DNA of 64,000 bases from Ylistrum balloti. Lineage: Eukaryota. The position numbers and the translations under genes were made by a program. Below are positions 23,793 to 36,800 of this stretch, piece after piece (within the stretch, counting starts at the first letter, position 1; every line of letters begins with the position of its first letter). The stretch lies in NCBI RefSeq assembly GCF_031769215.1, contig NW_026782340.1, positions 248,001-312,000 on the forward strand. The letters run 5' to 3'. The notes under the pieces were generated by a model. It was not told the DNA's origin. It worked only from the letters and a program-made list of their open reading frames with translations, and made no database searches.

Positions 23793-26566
23793 ACTTTTGA
23801 ATTCGACATTGCTTTGGTTTTTGTTTTGGTGTTGAAATTTACTGTTGATGTATTATTGTTGTATAGAATGTCTCGTGTGAAAAACTGTAGGGCTGTATTG
23901 ATTATTTTGATTACGTTTGTTTACATTGTGGTATTTCGATTTTTTCTCTCCTTTTATCGACTTATTGATACATCGATATCATAATATTGATAAGGATCCG
24001 ATAAAAATCAAAACGCTGGCATAAAACAAAGCAACCCAGAACTTGGGTGTTGGCATTCAAAGGTAGTTATGGAATTTGCAAAATCCTGAACAAGTATGTT
24101 ATTCCTAGATCTAAACAGCATATAAGGGAGACAACCCTTTTAATTCATACTTACATTGATTATATCAACACCAAGGGAGATATTTCGAACTTGATTCATT
24201 GATTAAAGTAATTTTCAACAGTATTTGCGTTTATGAAAACGATAAAACTATCAGCACAGTTCGACAGATAAATTGTTCACAATGGTTGAATGTTTTCGTA
24301 GGTGGCTCCCAGGTATTAACATTTAGACCCTTAGTATCAATGACGGGTCTTAGAAGGGCAAAACAACAGTGTGATGCAATTTTAAACATTTATTCAAATT
24401 GATCGTGAAAGATTCTATCCACATATTTCTCTCCTAATTGATGTTTCTTCTTGATCGGTAACTCAGTCAAGGTTTCCTACCTTAGAGTTTTGTGATATAC
24501 AATGAAGGATTTGTTTAGGATTCTGTTTATTTGACAGTTCAAAAACAGCATAAAATATGCTTTAAATACAAGGCCAAGACACCAATTCTCTCTTTAATTG
24601 TCATGTTTATCGTTGTCCCCTTAACTAGAAAATTTAGAATATTCTTCAATCGCTTAATAGGGTTACGTAATATTTACTATACAGGGCATGGATTCAGGAT
24701 AGTAAAATCTTGTTTACACCATATAAGTATATAAAGTTGACTTATCAGTCATTCAGTTGTTCAAGACTTGTTTCAAATAAGGTAGATAAATGGGTCATAT
24801 ACACAGAATCGTTTGACGAAAATGTTTTACTTTACAAAATAGAATAACGAAAATTATTTTACAATTTGTTTTTTGGGTACATGTATCAAATAATTTGCGT
24901 AACAACTGTATTGTTTAAGTACAAGATTTCCTTTCAAATTGATGACCGCTAGAAGAAATCAAGAAACAAAACATAAATCACCTCTTTTTATTCAAACATC
25001 GACAAGATATAATTAAAAAATTAAGCTCCATTTTATACCATTCACGTATTAGCATGAAAACATTTCGTTACATATCTTTCACACACTGAAATGAATAGAT
25101 TTCATTAATGTTATTCATATCTTCATCCAAAAGGTTATATTCGAATTTGTAATTAAATTCTATTTCATTTCAGATGACATATAAAAGTATCTTCTAGTTA
25201 CCATTTTGAATAGAAGAAAAAGTAGTGTATATTATATATATTTCGTAGTGAAGATAATTTTCTCTAGTTTGACAAAGTCGGATTGTCAACAATTTACTTC
25301 TTATATCTGAACTTCAAGTTCATGTGATAATTGATCAGACTGCTCTGTGCCATACCTTATATCACTCATTTCTAACAATTTGAGGATATGAGAGATTATT
25401 AATACAAGTACAATCATCCTTTCTGTAAATATGAATACACATCGCAAAAATCAAATTAAAATACTATAATGATCATTTCATATCAGTTCCGGTAAAGGAT
25501 TGAAAACTGCACTACACATTCCAAAATATATGATAAATGAAACCGTCGATTTAGATATCTTATCATTGATTTCATCATTCGGATGATTTATGTAAATCAT
25601 GGTTATTTCTTAAAAGTCGTATTGATGTTAATAACATACATAGGATCAAGAAAGTGATACAACATTTCTGATAATCAAAACGAAACCCTTTCATTTTCAT
25701 AGAGAAAGACTTAAAAGTAATTTTATATATCCATGTAGCTTACGAAAATAATTGTTATATATGTTTGTTAAGAAATTCAAACAGTTTCACAGACTTCCAA
25801 ATAATAATAATAATTAAATAAGTAGTTAAATGATGATACAAAGTTTAATGCTAATGACCATAGCAGCTAAACAAGAACTGATCTGAGTACATATTGACTA
25901 AATTAGATAATTGTACAAGGTTTACTTGCCTGGATATTTGATATTAAATTCCAATGTCCTCTGTTTGTAAAGGTCACCATTTTGATAAAAATGCTGGATC
26001 ATGATCAAGATCATTTGCGCGTTTGAAAGAGTCAGTATTGCAAAGCTTCTAAACAACTCGAAAGTTATTTATCGGTAACTCTTTCCTTATGTAAAAAGTT
26101 AATAACCGAATATCTATAGGTCAACTCAATTCAAACTGGATGAAACCCGTGTACCAAAAAGGATTTACACGTAGATAATAGGACCGGATTTTTGCGGATG
26201 GATGGGTGTCTTATGCTTTAGTCGTTCGCAACATCCATTTAGCTCATACAAACCAAGTTTGTCAAAGACCTTTTTAAAGCAACGTTTGAAAGCATGCGGT
26301 TCTAAAAATAGCATGTAAATCAATGATCGACAAAGCAAACAAAAGCAAATTCGACATCAGTAACACAACACAATATGGATCTTGACATTAAACTTAATCA
26401 ATGCATTTTCTTAGATCCATTTAGCAAACACATTCGCCAACTTTGAAGTTAAAATTCATAGAAGTATCCAAGATGATGAAGCAACAAGTAAATAAATGTT
26501 ACTTTTAACATATATTTTGCATACAAAAACTAAGCTGGCCTCAAAGTACGCACAAATTTACAAATA

Positions 26567-26723
26567 TAGCTGAACCTCATTATCTCGAACTTTGATAACT
26601 CGATAATCCGATGTAACTTAAAGTAGTTCGTCCCGGCAAAACTTTACCTTTAGTATTCTAAAACTCGGATAAGTCGAAGTCTTCCCATAGTCCCTCAGAC
26701 TTCGAGATAACGAGGTTCCACTG
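26567..26723. mobile_element. pogo/Tigger-like MITE
   Basis: Right TIR ttcgagataacgaggttccactg|ta; left ta|tagctgaacctcattatctcgaa matches 19 of 23 bases; TA flanks. Confidence 0.8.
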
Positions 26724-26759
26724 TATAGTATAAACAATTTAATTAAATAATTACAATAT

Positions 26760-29700
26760 AAAATAGCTCCGTAGAATTTGGTTGTTAAGAACAAACTAAA
26801 GCAATGTTATTTCTAATATCAATTAAGTTCATACAAATCAAATTCATCAAAAAATACTCAATAGTTTCATAGAATTTGGTTGTTAAACCCAACTAAAGCA
26901 AGGCTATTTCTAACTTCCATTTAGTTCATGAAACTCAAAACCGTCACAAAATTAAAATAGCTCCATAGACTTTGGTTCTTAAAAACAAACCTAATCAATG
27001 TAATTTCTAACATCAATTTATTTCATATAATCCTAGTTCGTCATAAAAAAAAACAGAATATTTCTTTAGGATTTGATTGTTAAATCCAGCTAAAGCAATG
27101 CTATTTCTAACAGCAATTTAGTTCATATGACCTAAGTTCATCATAAAATACGCAAACGTTAATCAGACTTTTGTTCTTACAGCCAAATAAAGCAATGTTA
27201 TTTCTAACATCCATTTAGTTCATAAAACTCAAATTCGTCACAAAATTAAAGTAGCTCTATAAAATTTGGTTCTTAAAGACAAACTTAATCAATGCTATTT
27301 CTAACAGCAATTTAATTTATATAATCCAAGTTCGTCACAAAAAAACCCACAACATTTCTTTAGGATTTGATTTTTAAATCCAGCTAAAGCAATGCTATTT
27401 CTAACAGAAATTTAGTTCATATGACCTAAGTTCATCATAAAATACGCAAACGTTAATCAGGCTTTTGTTCTTACAGCCAAATAAAGCAATGTTATTTCTA
27501 ACATCCATTTAGTTCATAAAACTCAAATTCGTCACAAAATTAAAGTAGCTCTATAAAATTTGGTTCTTAAAGACAAACTTAATCAATGTTATTTCTAACA
27601 TCAATTTAGTTCATATAATCCTAGTTCGTCATAAAAAACCCAGAATATTTCTTTAGGATTTGATTGTTAAATCCAGCTAAAGCAATGCTATTTCTAACAT
27701 CAATTTAGTTCATATAATCCAAGTTCGTCACAAAAAAAACCAAACAATATTTCTTTAGGATTTGATTTTTAAATCCAGCTAAAGCAATGTAATTTATATC
27801 ATCCATTTAGTTCATGAAACTCAAATTCGTCACAAAATGAAAGAAGCTCTATAAAATTTGGTTCTTAAAGACAAACTAATTCAATGTTATTTCTAACATC
27901 AATTTAGTTCATATAATCCTAGTTCGTCATAAAAAACCCAGAATATTTCTTTAGGATTTGATTGTTAAATCCAGCTAAATCAATGTTATTTCTAACATCC
28001 ATTTAATTCATACAAATCAAATTGTCACAACATTAATATAGTTCCACAGATTTTGGTTCTTAAAAACAAACCTAATCAATGTTATTTCTAACATCAATTT
28101 ATTTCATATAATCCTAGTTCGTCATAAAAAAAAACAGAATATTTCTTTAGGATTTGATTGTTAAATCCAGCTAAAGCAATGCTATTTCTAACAGCAATTT
28201 AATTTATATAATCCAAGTTCGTCACAAAAAAACCCACAACATTTCTTTAGGATTTGATTTTTAAATCCAGCTAAAGCAATGCTATTTCTAACAGCAATTT
28301 AGTTCATATGACCTAAGTTCATCATAAAATACGCAAACGTTAATCAGGCTTCAGCCAAATAAAGCAATGTTATTTCTAACATCCATTTAGTTCATAAAAC
28401 TCAAATTCGTCACAAAATTAAAGTAGCTCTATAAAATTTGGTTCTTAAAGACAAAATTAATCAATGTTATTTCTAACATCAATTTAGTTCATATAATCCT
28501 AGTTCGTCATAAAAAAAACCCAGAATATTTCTTTAGGATTTGATTGTTAAATCCAGCTAAAGCAATGTAATTTATATCATCCATTTAGTTCATGAAACTC
28601 AAATTCGTCACAAAATGAAAGAAGCTCTATAAAATTTGGTTCTTAAAGACAAACAAATTCAATATTATTTCTAACATCAATTTAGTTCATATAATCCTAG
28701 TTCGTCATAAAAAACCCAGAATATTTCTTTAGGATTTGATTGTTAAATCCAGCTAAAGCAATGCTATTTCTAACATCAATTTAGTTCATATAATCCAAGT
28801 TCGTCACAAAAAAGAAAAAAAAACACAATATTTCTTTAGGATTTGATTTTTAAATCCAGCTAAAGCAATGCTATTTCTAACATCAATTGAGTTCATGTAA
28901 TCCAAGGTCGTCACAAAAAAACCCACAACATTTCTTTAGGATTTGATTTTTAAATCCAGCTAAAGCAATGCTATTTCTAACAGCAATTTAGTTCATATGA
29001 CCTAAGTTCATCATAAAATACGCAAAAGTTAATCAGGCTTTTGTTCTTACAGCCAAATAAAGCAATGTTATTTCTAACATCCATTTAGTTCATAAAACTC
29101 AAATTCGTCACACAATTAAAGTAGCTCTATAAAATTTGGTTCTTAAAGACAAACTAATTCAATGTTATTTCTAACATCCTTTTAGTTCATGTAACAAATC
29201 AAATTGTCACAACATTAATATAGTTCTACAGATTTTGGTTCTTAAAAACAAACTAAATCAATGTTATTTCTAACATCCTTTTTAGTTCATGTAAGTACGT
29301 TCATCACGAAATATTCAATAGTTTCATAAATTATAGTACTGCAAAACAAACTAAATCAATGTTATTTCTAACATCCATTTAGTTCATATAAATCAAAGTC
29401 ATCCAAAAATACTCAATAGTTTCATAGAATTTGGTTGTTAAATCCAACTAATTCAATGTTATTTCTAACATCCATTTAGTTTATATAAGCACTTTCATCA
29501 CAAAATATAAAATAGTTTCATAGCCTATATTTCTCTAAAACAACCTAAATCAATATCATTTCTAACATTCATTTAGGACAGATAACACAATTTCTTTACA
29601 AAATATAAAACAGCTCCATAGAATTCGGTTGTTAAGAACAAACTAAATCAATGTTATTTCTAACATCCATTTAGTTCATATCAATCAAATTGGCACAACA

Positions 29701-30170
29701 TTAAGATAGTTCCACAGATTTTGGTTCTTAAAACCAACCTAATCAATGTTATTTCTAACGTCAATTTAATTAAGATATCTTAAGTTCCTCATAAAATATG
29801 AAATAGCTCCGTAAAATTCGGTTGTTCAGAATAAACTAAAGCAATGTTACTTCTGACATCAATTTAGTTCATATAACCTACGTTCATCACAAAATACGTA
29901 ATAGTTAATCAGACTTTTGTCAAAAATAAACTACATCAATATTATTTCTTACATTTATTTTGTTCAGATAACTCAAGTACCTCACAAAATTGCTTCATAG
30001 AAATTGGTTTTTTTAACCAACTAAAGCAATGTAATTTCTCAAATAGTAGTTCAGATAACCACGTTCATCACAACATACACAATAGTTCATAGCCTATAGT
30101 TTTGTAAAACAAACTAAATCATTTCTAACATCCAAATACATTTTAATTTACATAAACCAAGTTTATTTTA
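26760..30170. repeat. Satellite array, ~97-100 bp monomer, about 35 copies, several monomer variants
   Basis: Anchor aatg(t/c)tatttctaaca(t/g)c(a/c)atttagttcat recurs at 27003, 27103, 27200, 27297 and onward. Confidence 0.95.
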
Positions 30171-33100
30171 CAAACATAGAAGTTGTAATTCAGACATTTG
30201 ATGTGAAAAACAATCTAACATCGTTTATAACATTATTGAGTTTATATAAAACGAGTTCATTCCCACACAAACATAGGTACAGGACATGTTGCAGGAAACA
30301 TTGGCATATTTGTCAACATTTTTGCTGAATTTGTCTAATATATTGGTTTATATTAATAAGACAATTTTAACAGAGGCCTAACATGCAAGCAAAATGAGAA
30401 AGATTTAAAGCCATTAAGTTATGAAGAATTAATCATATTTGATAAATGTATTATGTTTAATGAAAAAGCACTGTTGGTAAAAATAACTATAAATCTGCAA
30501 CAGGTGCGTTCATCTTTACATTGGACTTTCGAAACTTCCTTCAGTTTTTTCAACACACACATAGTTAATAAAGCAGGAAAGGTCAATTCTTAGGCACCAT
30601 ATTTTAAAGACTAATTCCTAAAAGCAGAATGGATAACTGAATATTTCTCTTTTGACATTTATGAATATATATAATTAAAAAAATACAAACAAGCAAACAC
30701 GTCAACAGAAAAAAAATCTTAATATAACTTAATTAATGTACAAATTCATTAAAATCGTCTTGTATATGCGTTGGGTAAAAGTAGATATTTCTTGGAATGA
30801 AATCACATTCCGCTGATTCAGATACTACATAGTTAAAAAATAATAAAAAAGACAAAACCACTAAGTCAACAACATATTAATACAAACTGAAATCAGATAA
30901 AAAATAAGTAGGGCAAAATATGAAGAGACGAATGATATACATGATCCATAACAAATGGAGAGATAAAGACTAGATGCTCCGGAAGGCTAAACATCTCTCC
31001 GTATTCATACGGTATCTCTGATACTTGTCATCCAAATATTGATCATTTCGAGCAAGAAATGTTACGTTGAAATATGAGAAGATGATAAATAACAACGGAA
31101 TCTCAAGGCATACTAACTAGCACCAAACACGACCAATTTCATCTCGTAAAAGCAAATAGATCGTTTCTCAATGACAATGGTATAGCGATCATTAAGATAT
31201 AATCACTATGCAATTTCTTTAATGCCGATACATATGTACATGATTAATTTATAACCATCATATATTCGTAAGAAAGTAACAGACCGTAAAATGATAAATT
31301 TTCGTAGATTTTTGTTTTAGTAATCATTGAATGTATATGGCCAAAGCAGTAAAAGTTAATTTATTAAAGTATCTTTATCCAAAAAATCCAATATCCATAA
31401 AATTAAAAAAAAAAATTCATTATTCTTTTCTTCAAAGAAAACTTGAGTCTCTTGAAAATATCTAATTTTACATAGCAGGTTGTACCGCTGTGTACCGGTC
31501 ACTTACATGAAAAAAGATATCATCATCAAAGGAGGAATTAGAAGGTGGTGATATGGCATTGTGAATGAGATATTTGTTATACAGATCAGTAACGAAATAA
31601 AACATTTTACAGTATTAACATTAGCACATAGATAGATGTTATCACATGGTTAAGTCCCATTATTTTGCTGTTGTATTTATCAAACATCTCATATTAAGCT
31701 TTGCAGAGCTTTTCACAATATATGAATAATGCAAATACACGATTCAACAATATGTATATCAGGTAATATTAAAATTATCTTAATCTATGCTTAACTGAAA
31801 TAATAAACAGTAATAATACTATATATAGCATTAAACCCAAAGTAATTTACAATTGTTTTTCTATCAGTTTCACATCATTAACGATAAAGATTAATATTTA
31901 TCAATTTTATATCACAGTATTATTATCATGTAGTTTACACAAACAATCTTTATGGATAATGCATTCCTATAGGTACGAGTACAATGCCTTTTACTATAAA
32001 ATGATAACTGTCTACATATTTTGCAGTACTAGGGCCATAAACCATACTTATATATTTTTTTTACAAATATTACAGTATCAGATGATTAGAAGAGTATCGC
32101 CTATGCTAGGAAAAAATTATCTACAAATTCAACAGTAGTAGTTTCATAAACCATATCAAAATAAAATATACAAATTGTGAAGTACCCTTATCACAGGCTC
32201 CGAACCCAAGATCTTTGTCTTAAAAATTGCCAGATATATCTTATAGTAAAGCAGAATGATTATGTACAATGATTTTCATACTTAAAAGAATAATATACGG
32301 AAAGTATTATGGTAGAGATACATATATCATACGCTATACTAAAATGGAAGTTATAAACCGTATCAGTTACTAATCATATGTACTGAAAAGAATAGAATGT
32401 TTTCAATATCAATACAATTAAAATTGCAACAAATATTACATTTAAAATGGTAACAGATATCAAACAATACGTACTAATAAAATAATGACACACATCAAAG
32501 TATTATTGTCACATCATATGCAAGGTCATTCTAAAAGAATACTTATCTTACAAATAATCAGTTTAAACGTCATTTGTTATAATCAGCCCGAGAATTATTC
32601 ACAAATAAAAAAGTAAAAGTGTTATATCCTATGCGTAAAAGAATATTTATACATAACATAACATAGCATTAGGGTCATATCACATATAAGTCAAACATAA
32701 AGAATAATTATCCAAACTGCATTCAGTATTAGCGTCATTTAGTATAATAAAAAAACAGAATTGTTTACAAATATAACAGCACAACTATCATGTCCTTTAC
32801 TTAGAAGAATATTTACACATATCAAGATATCAGTGTCTTATCATATCAAAGTTGTATTCAAAAATGATCTCAAACATAATCTGTATCAACCTAATATGCT
32901 ATAAATTTAAGAAGTATTATTTACAAAAGTAGATAATAAGTACACTGTCTTATTCTGTAAGATATTTACAAATAGTTCATTATGCATAGAATGTACCATA
33001 TATCAGATCAAATAAAATAATACTTATTTCAGATAAATTAAGTATTAGTATCATAAATTGTAATTAAAAGAAAAACTGAACCAAATACGACTTATAAGTA

Positions 33101-33523
33101 ACAAATTCAATACTACAACAATGCATTTATATAAACAAAGTATCGAGTATCTTATTTTATACATATAAAACTAATACCTGTCAGCAACACAGTACTTATT
33201 TGAAATACATTATTATAACAAAATGATTATATGCAATTGTTTGACAAATAGGTAAAATATAACATATCTTATCCTACTACTGTCCTTACAGTCCTAAATC
33301 TATTTCCTGAAAATGTTACAACATTACCATTATATCATGTGCTTAAATGATTCATTATATGCAAAAAAGAGCAGATGATATATTATTCATACATATGTCA
33401 TTATTCAACACTTGATGCTAGTTGCATTATGCAAACACATATATTAATATATAAACTGGGGTTTCTTAACGATGATGACAGTATTGTCCTATGTGTATTT
33501 AAGAAAAAGAATCTCGTTCAAAG

Positions 33524-33811
33524 TTACAATTCGTCCTCAATTTTATCAATTACCTTTTTTGTCAATTCCATTATTTTGTTAGTTTGCTCCTTTGAATACA
33601 ATGTTGCTGGTATCTCAGGATAGCCTTGGTCATCCGGGTAACGCATTTTGAAGTAACTTCCAACTATCGTTTCTATCTCTTCTAACCAGTCGGTGAGTTG
33701 CTCTTGCTCGTTTGCTTTCTCCCACGGAATGATGCAACGCAAGCTATGTTGACGAGTAACTTTATGTGAATCCATACTGTACACATACGCTTTGCAAGCC
33801 TTCTCGCAAGC
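33524..33811 (-). CDS. SACS: Sacsin-like last exon (HEPN domain)
   Basis: tttcag|ACEKACKAY...HSL...KMRYPD..YPEIP...stop. Confidence 0.9.
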   Translation of the reverse strand, partial: ACEKACKAYVYSMDSHKVTRQHSLRCIIPWEKANEQEQLTDWLEEIETIVGSYFKMRYPDDQGYPEIPATLYSKEQTNKIMELTKKVIDKIEDEL

Positions 33812-36800
33812 CTGAAATGATGAAATTCTCATAATGAGTAAACATCAGACCTAAAATAGAAGAGTTTTAATCAGGTTCTGGAGGCAAAGTTATCTCCTAT
33901 TTATCAATTTTATCTATACTCACAGCATGTACGGGCATTTCGTTTCGATTAAGTCTTCTATTATAACATTTTATTTGCCTCCCGAATTATATATTTTTCG
34001 ATTTTTGAATGATTTATGTACCTTGTAACGAGGTTAATGTAACATTACAAAATGTAATAATTAAATATGTTAATTTTGCGATAGTCGAAAATTTTCCTTT
34101 TACAGCATATGTGATAATGACTATTTTCTGAGCATTTCAGATGGACCAATATTTCATTTTCAAAAAATTTCAAGGAACAATCTTTAATACTTTAATGAAG
34201 ACCAGGGTACTCAATTTTCATAGGCATGTTTTTTCTGTAATACAATGCATAACGCAGTTTCATTTTTTCCTTTCAACAGGTCAAGTGTCCTCAAGATGAA
34301 GCAGCATTAACACAACTACAACGCTTTAGCGGTGCAATCTTTTTGGTATATCACAAATACTGAATTCGATCAGTTCTTTGGTAAACATAATTCATAACTG
34401 CATAAAAGGAATATTTTTTTTAACTTTTACAGAAAAAAATGAGAATATTCCTCAATCTTGTTTCTGATTCGGACACAATGAATAATAATGTAGCCGAATA
34501 AAATGATCTGTCAAAAAATTTGGAACATTTACGTCTTTGTGGTTTTTATTATTCACAAAGTCTTTATTTCATTTAAGATAAAGGTCTACTTGTAAGATAC
34601 GTCCTTTCAGACGACCGTGACAGCTGATGTTGATTCATAATTTTGTCAACGTTGATGTAACACGAACAGTGCAAATTGAGGTTTTGTCGCAATCTTGCTA
34701 AAAGTTTCCATGGTGAAAAGCAACTCTGACTTATCAAAACAATCCCATGAAATAATATAACATTATTAGAATATTGACATCGTGTCAATGTAACGTTTTA
34801 TGGATATACTAATAAACAGCTGATCAGATCAGATCACCGCTTTCCACTTTAAATGAGAAATTTAGATAGTGTTTACATGCATAGGAACTGTCTAATTAAA
34901 AGAAAATAAATTTGCCATCTACTGAAACACTTGTGTATGTGTGTGAATATCAAACATTGACGTTTCTTTACAAGTATATGAAGAAATATATACTTGATTG
35001 TTTATAACGTGGACTAATTATAATTCTTACTTGATGGAACTTGAAGCAAATCCAGTTGTTATCTTCTTTGAGCTGAGTATCACCTTCTAAAGATGAATTA
35101 TTGAGTTCTAATGATATCAATCCGCACTTGAAGTCCCTTTTAGCTTGCCGTAACCACCTCTTTGCCTCTTCAGGTTGTGGGTCAGTTTTATGTTTTCCAC
35201 TTTGTAAACTCGAGTCTTGACCTTGCCTTTGCGTTGCAGATACCTTGTCTCCGAAAGCCTGCCATTCTTTTGATTGTTTTCCATAGTTCCATTCATAGTA
35301 GTTTCGTTGTGCTTTCCGCTTTGTATAGCCTTCAGTAGCTGAAGTGCTTGTGAATTCGCCTTCGTCAAGGCGGCGAATGATATCAAATATAAATTGCGTA
35401 ACCTCCGTTGAAAACAATTGATATATTTCGCCCTTTAAGAGATTTTTATCAGGGTGCCATATCAATAACAATCTCTTCACGACTCGTTTTTTGTTTGCGT
35501 CATCAAGTTTCCAAGCATTTGATAATGTAACGATGATTTCGTCGAACACACTGTCTCTATTAAGAGGTATGGATCCAGCTTGTCCAAACTGATGAACTAC
35601 TAGTTCAGTAGTTGTAGATTGTTCAGGATATGCCACCTTATATAGTCGCAGTCCCATTACTATTTCGTTTCTGCCATGACCGAAACTAACTTCGTACTTC
35701 TGATGAAGCCAGTCGTTTGGGTTATCCAGTGGAATTGTTTCTAATATCCGGACAAAAATGTATATCCTACCTAAATTAACATCTTCTTGGTCACCATCTA
35801 TGGCCGGATCAAATTTCTCGTACGCGACTAGGTCCTGAACCTTTAAAAAACGTATTTCGTTTTGAAGCAAGCCGTGTAATCCTAAAGGAACCATTTGTCC
35901 TGGAAAGTACGCTAAATATTCATCGAGTTCGTTTCCATCCTCATCGAAAAGATCTTCACAGAACTGTTTGAATCTTAAGGGATCATCCAGATAATCAACT
36001 ACTTCACGGATTTTTTCTGGCGATATCTTGTTGTCTAAACAATCTGAAAGTGTTTCAAAGAGTTCTTGCCCAATGTCTTTAAGCCAGGTCCGTATTCCAT
36101 TATCGTTGGCTTCAAAAAATAACTTGTGTTCACCATTTTTGCTAGAACGAAAACATTTTTGCGAAGCTTCTGTGTTTGAAATACGTCTGCCATCCATCGT
36201 AAGAATTGTTGTAATCTCCGAGACAGAAATAAGTTGTATTCTCAATAGTAACTGACGATAGTGGTGGAATTCTTCGTCACCGAATTTGCCAATTACTTTG
36301 ATTGCTTCCAAAAAGTTTTGAGACGCTTTAAACGCTTCTAATTTCTCTATCTTGATGTCGTTTGCGATATTTAAATTTGATATAACCATTTCCTCCAGAA
36401 TTGAACTTAGTATTCTAGGTTTGAATCCATTTGGTAACTTCAGGATAAGATTTTTTTGTTCGTGGCATTTCTTCAAACTATGAATAAAAACTATATCATG
36501 ATCTTCACTTTGCATTATTCTACGTTTAAGCTTTGGTTTATCTGCAAACACCAAGTCCGCGGACTTTGCTAAACGTTTGTCGGAGGTGGGTAAATATAAC
36601 GTTTCTACATCTGCCATGGACGTTTCAATATCAATCAACTCCGTTTCCTCCAGTAACATCATCATACTTCTCAACGTAATCTCCACGTCATGTAGGCGAT
36701 TAGGGTCAAGCGTATTAAATTTGACTTCGCGTTGAATTCTACAGATTACATCTGAATATTGACATAAAGTAACAGTCGTAGTTGCTCCGAGGAATTGAAA

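Noticed and set aside
26760-30170. CRISPR-like repeat-spacer appearance
   Set aside because: The apparent spacers are homologous recurring variants, there are no cas genes and the context is eukaryotic; it is a satellite.
30200-33500. Hidden gene in the long ORF-free stretch
   Set aside because: Very AT-rich with no exon-like segments; most likely sacsin 3'UTR or intergenic DNA. The poly(A) site cannot be fixed from sequence alone.
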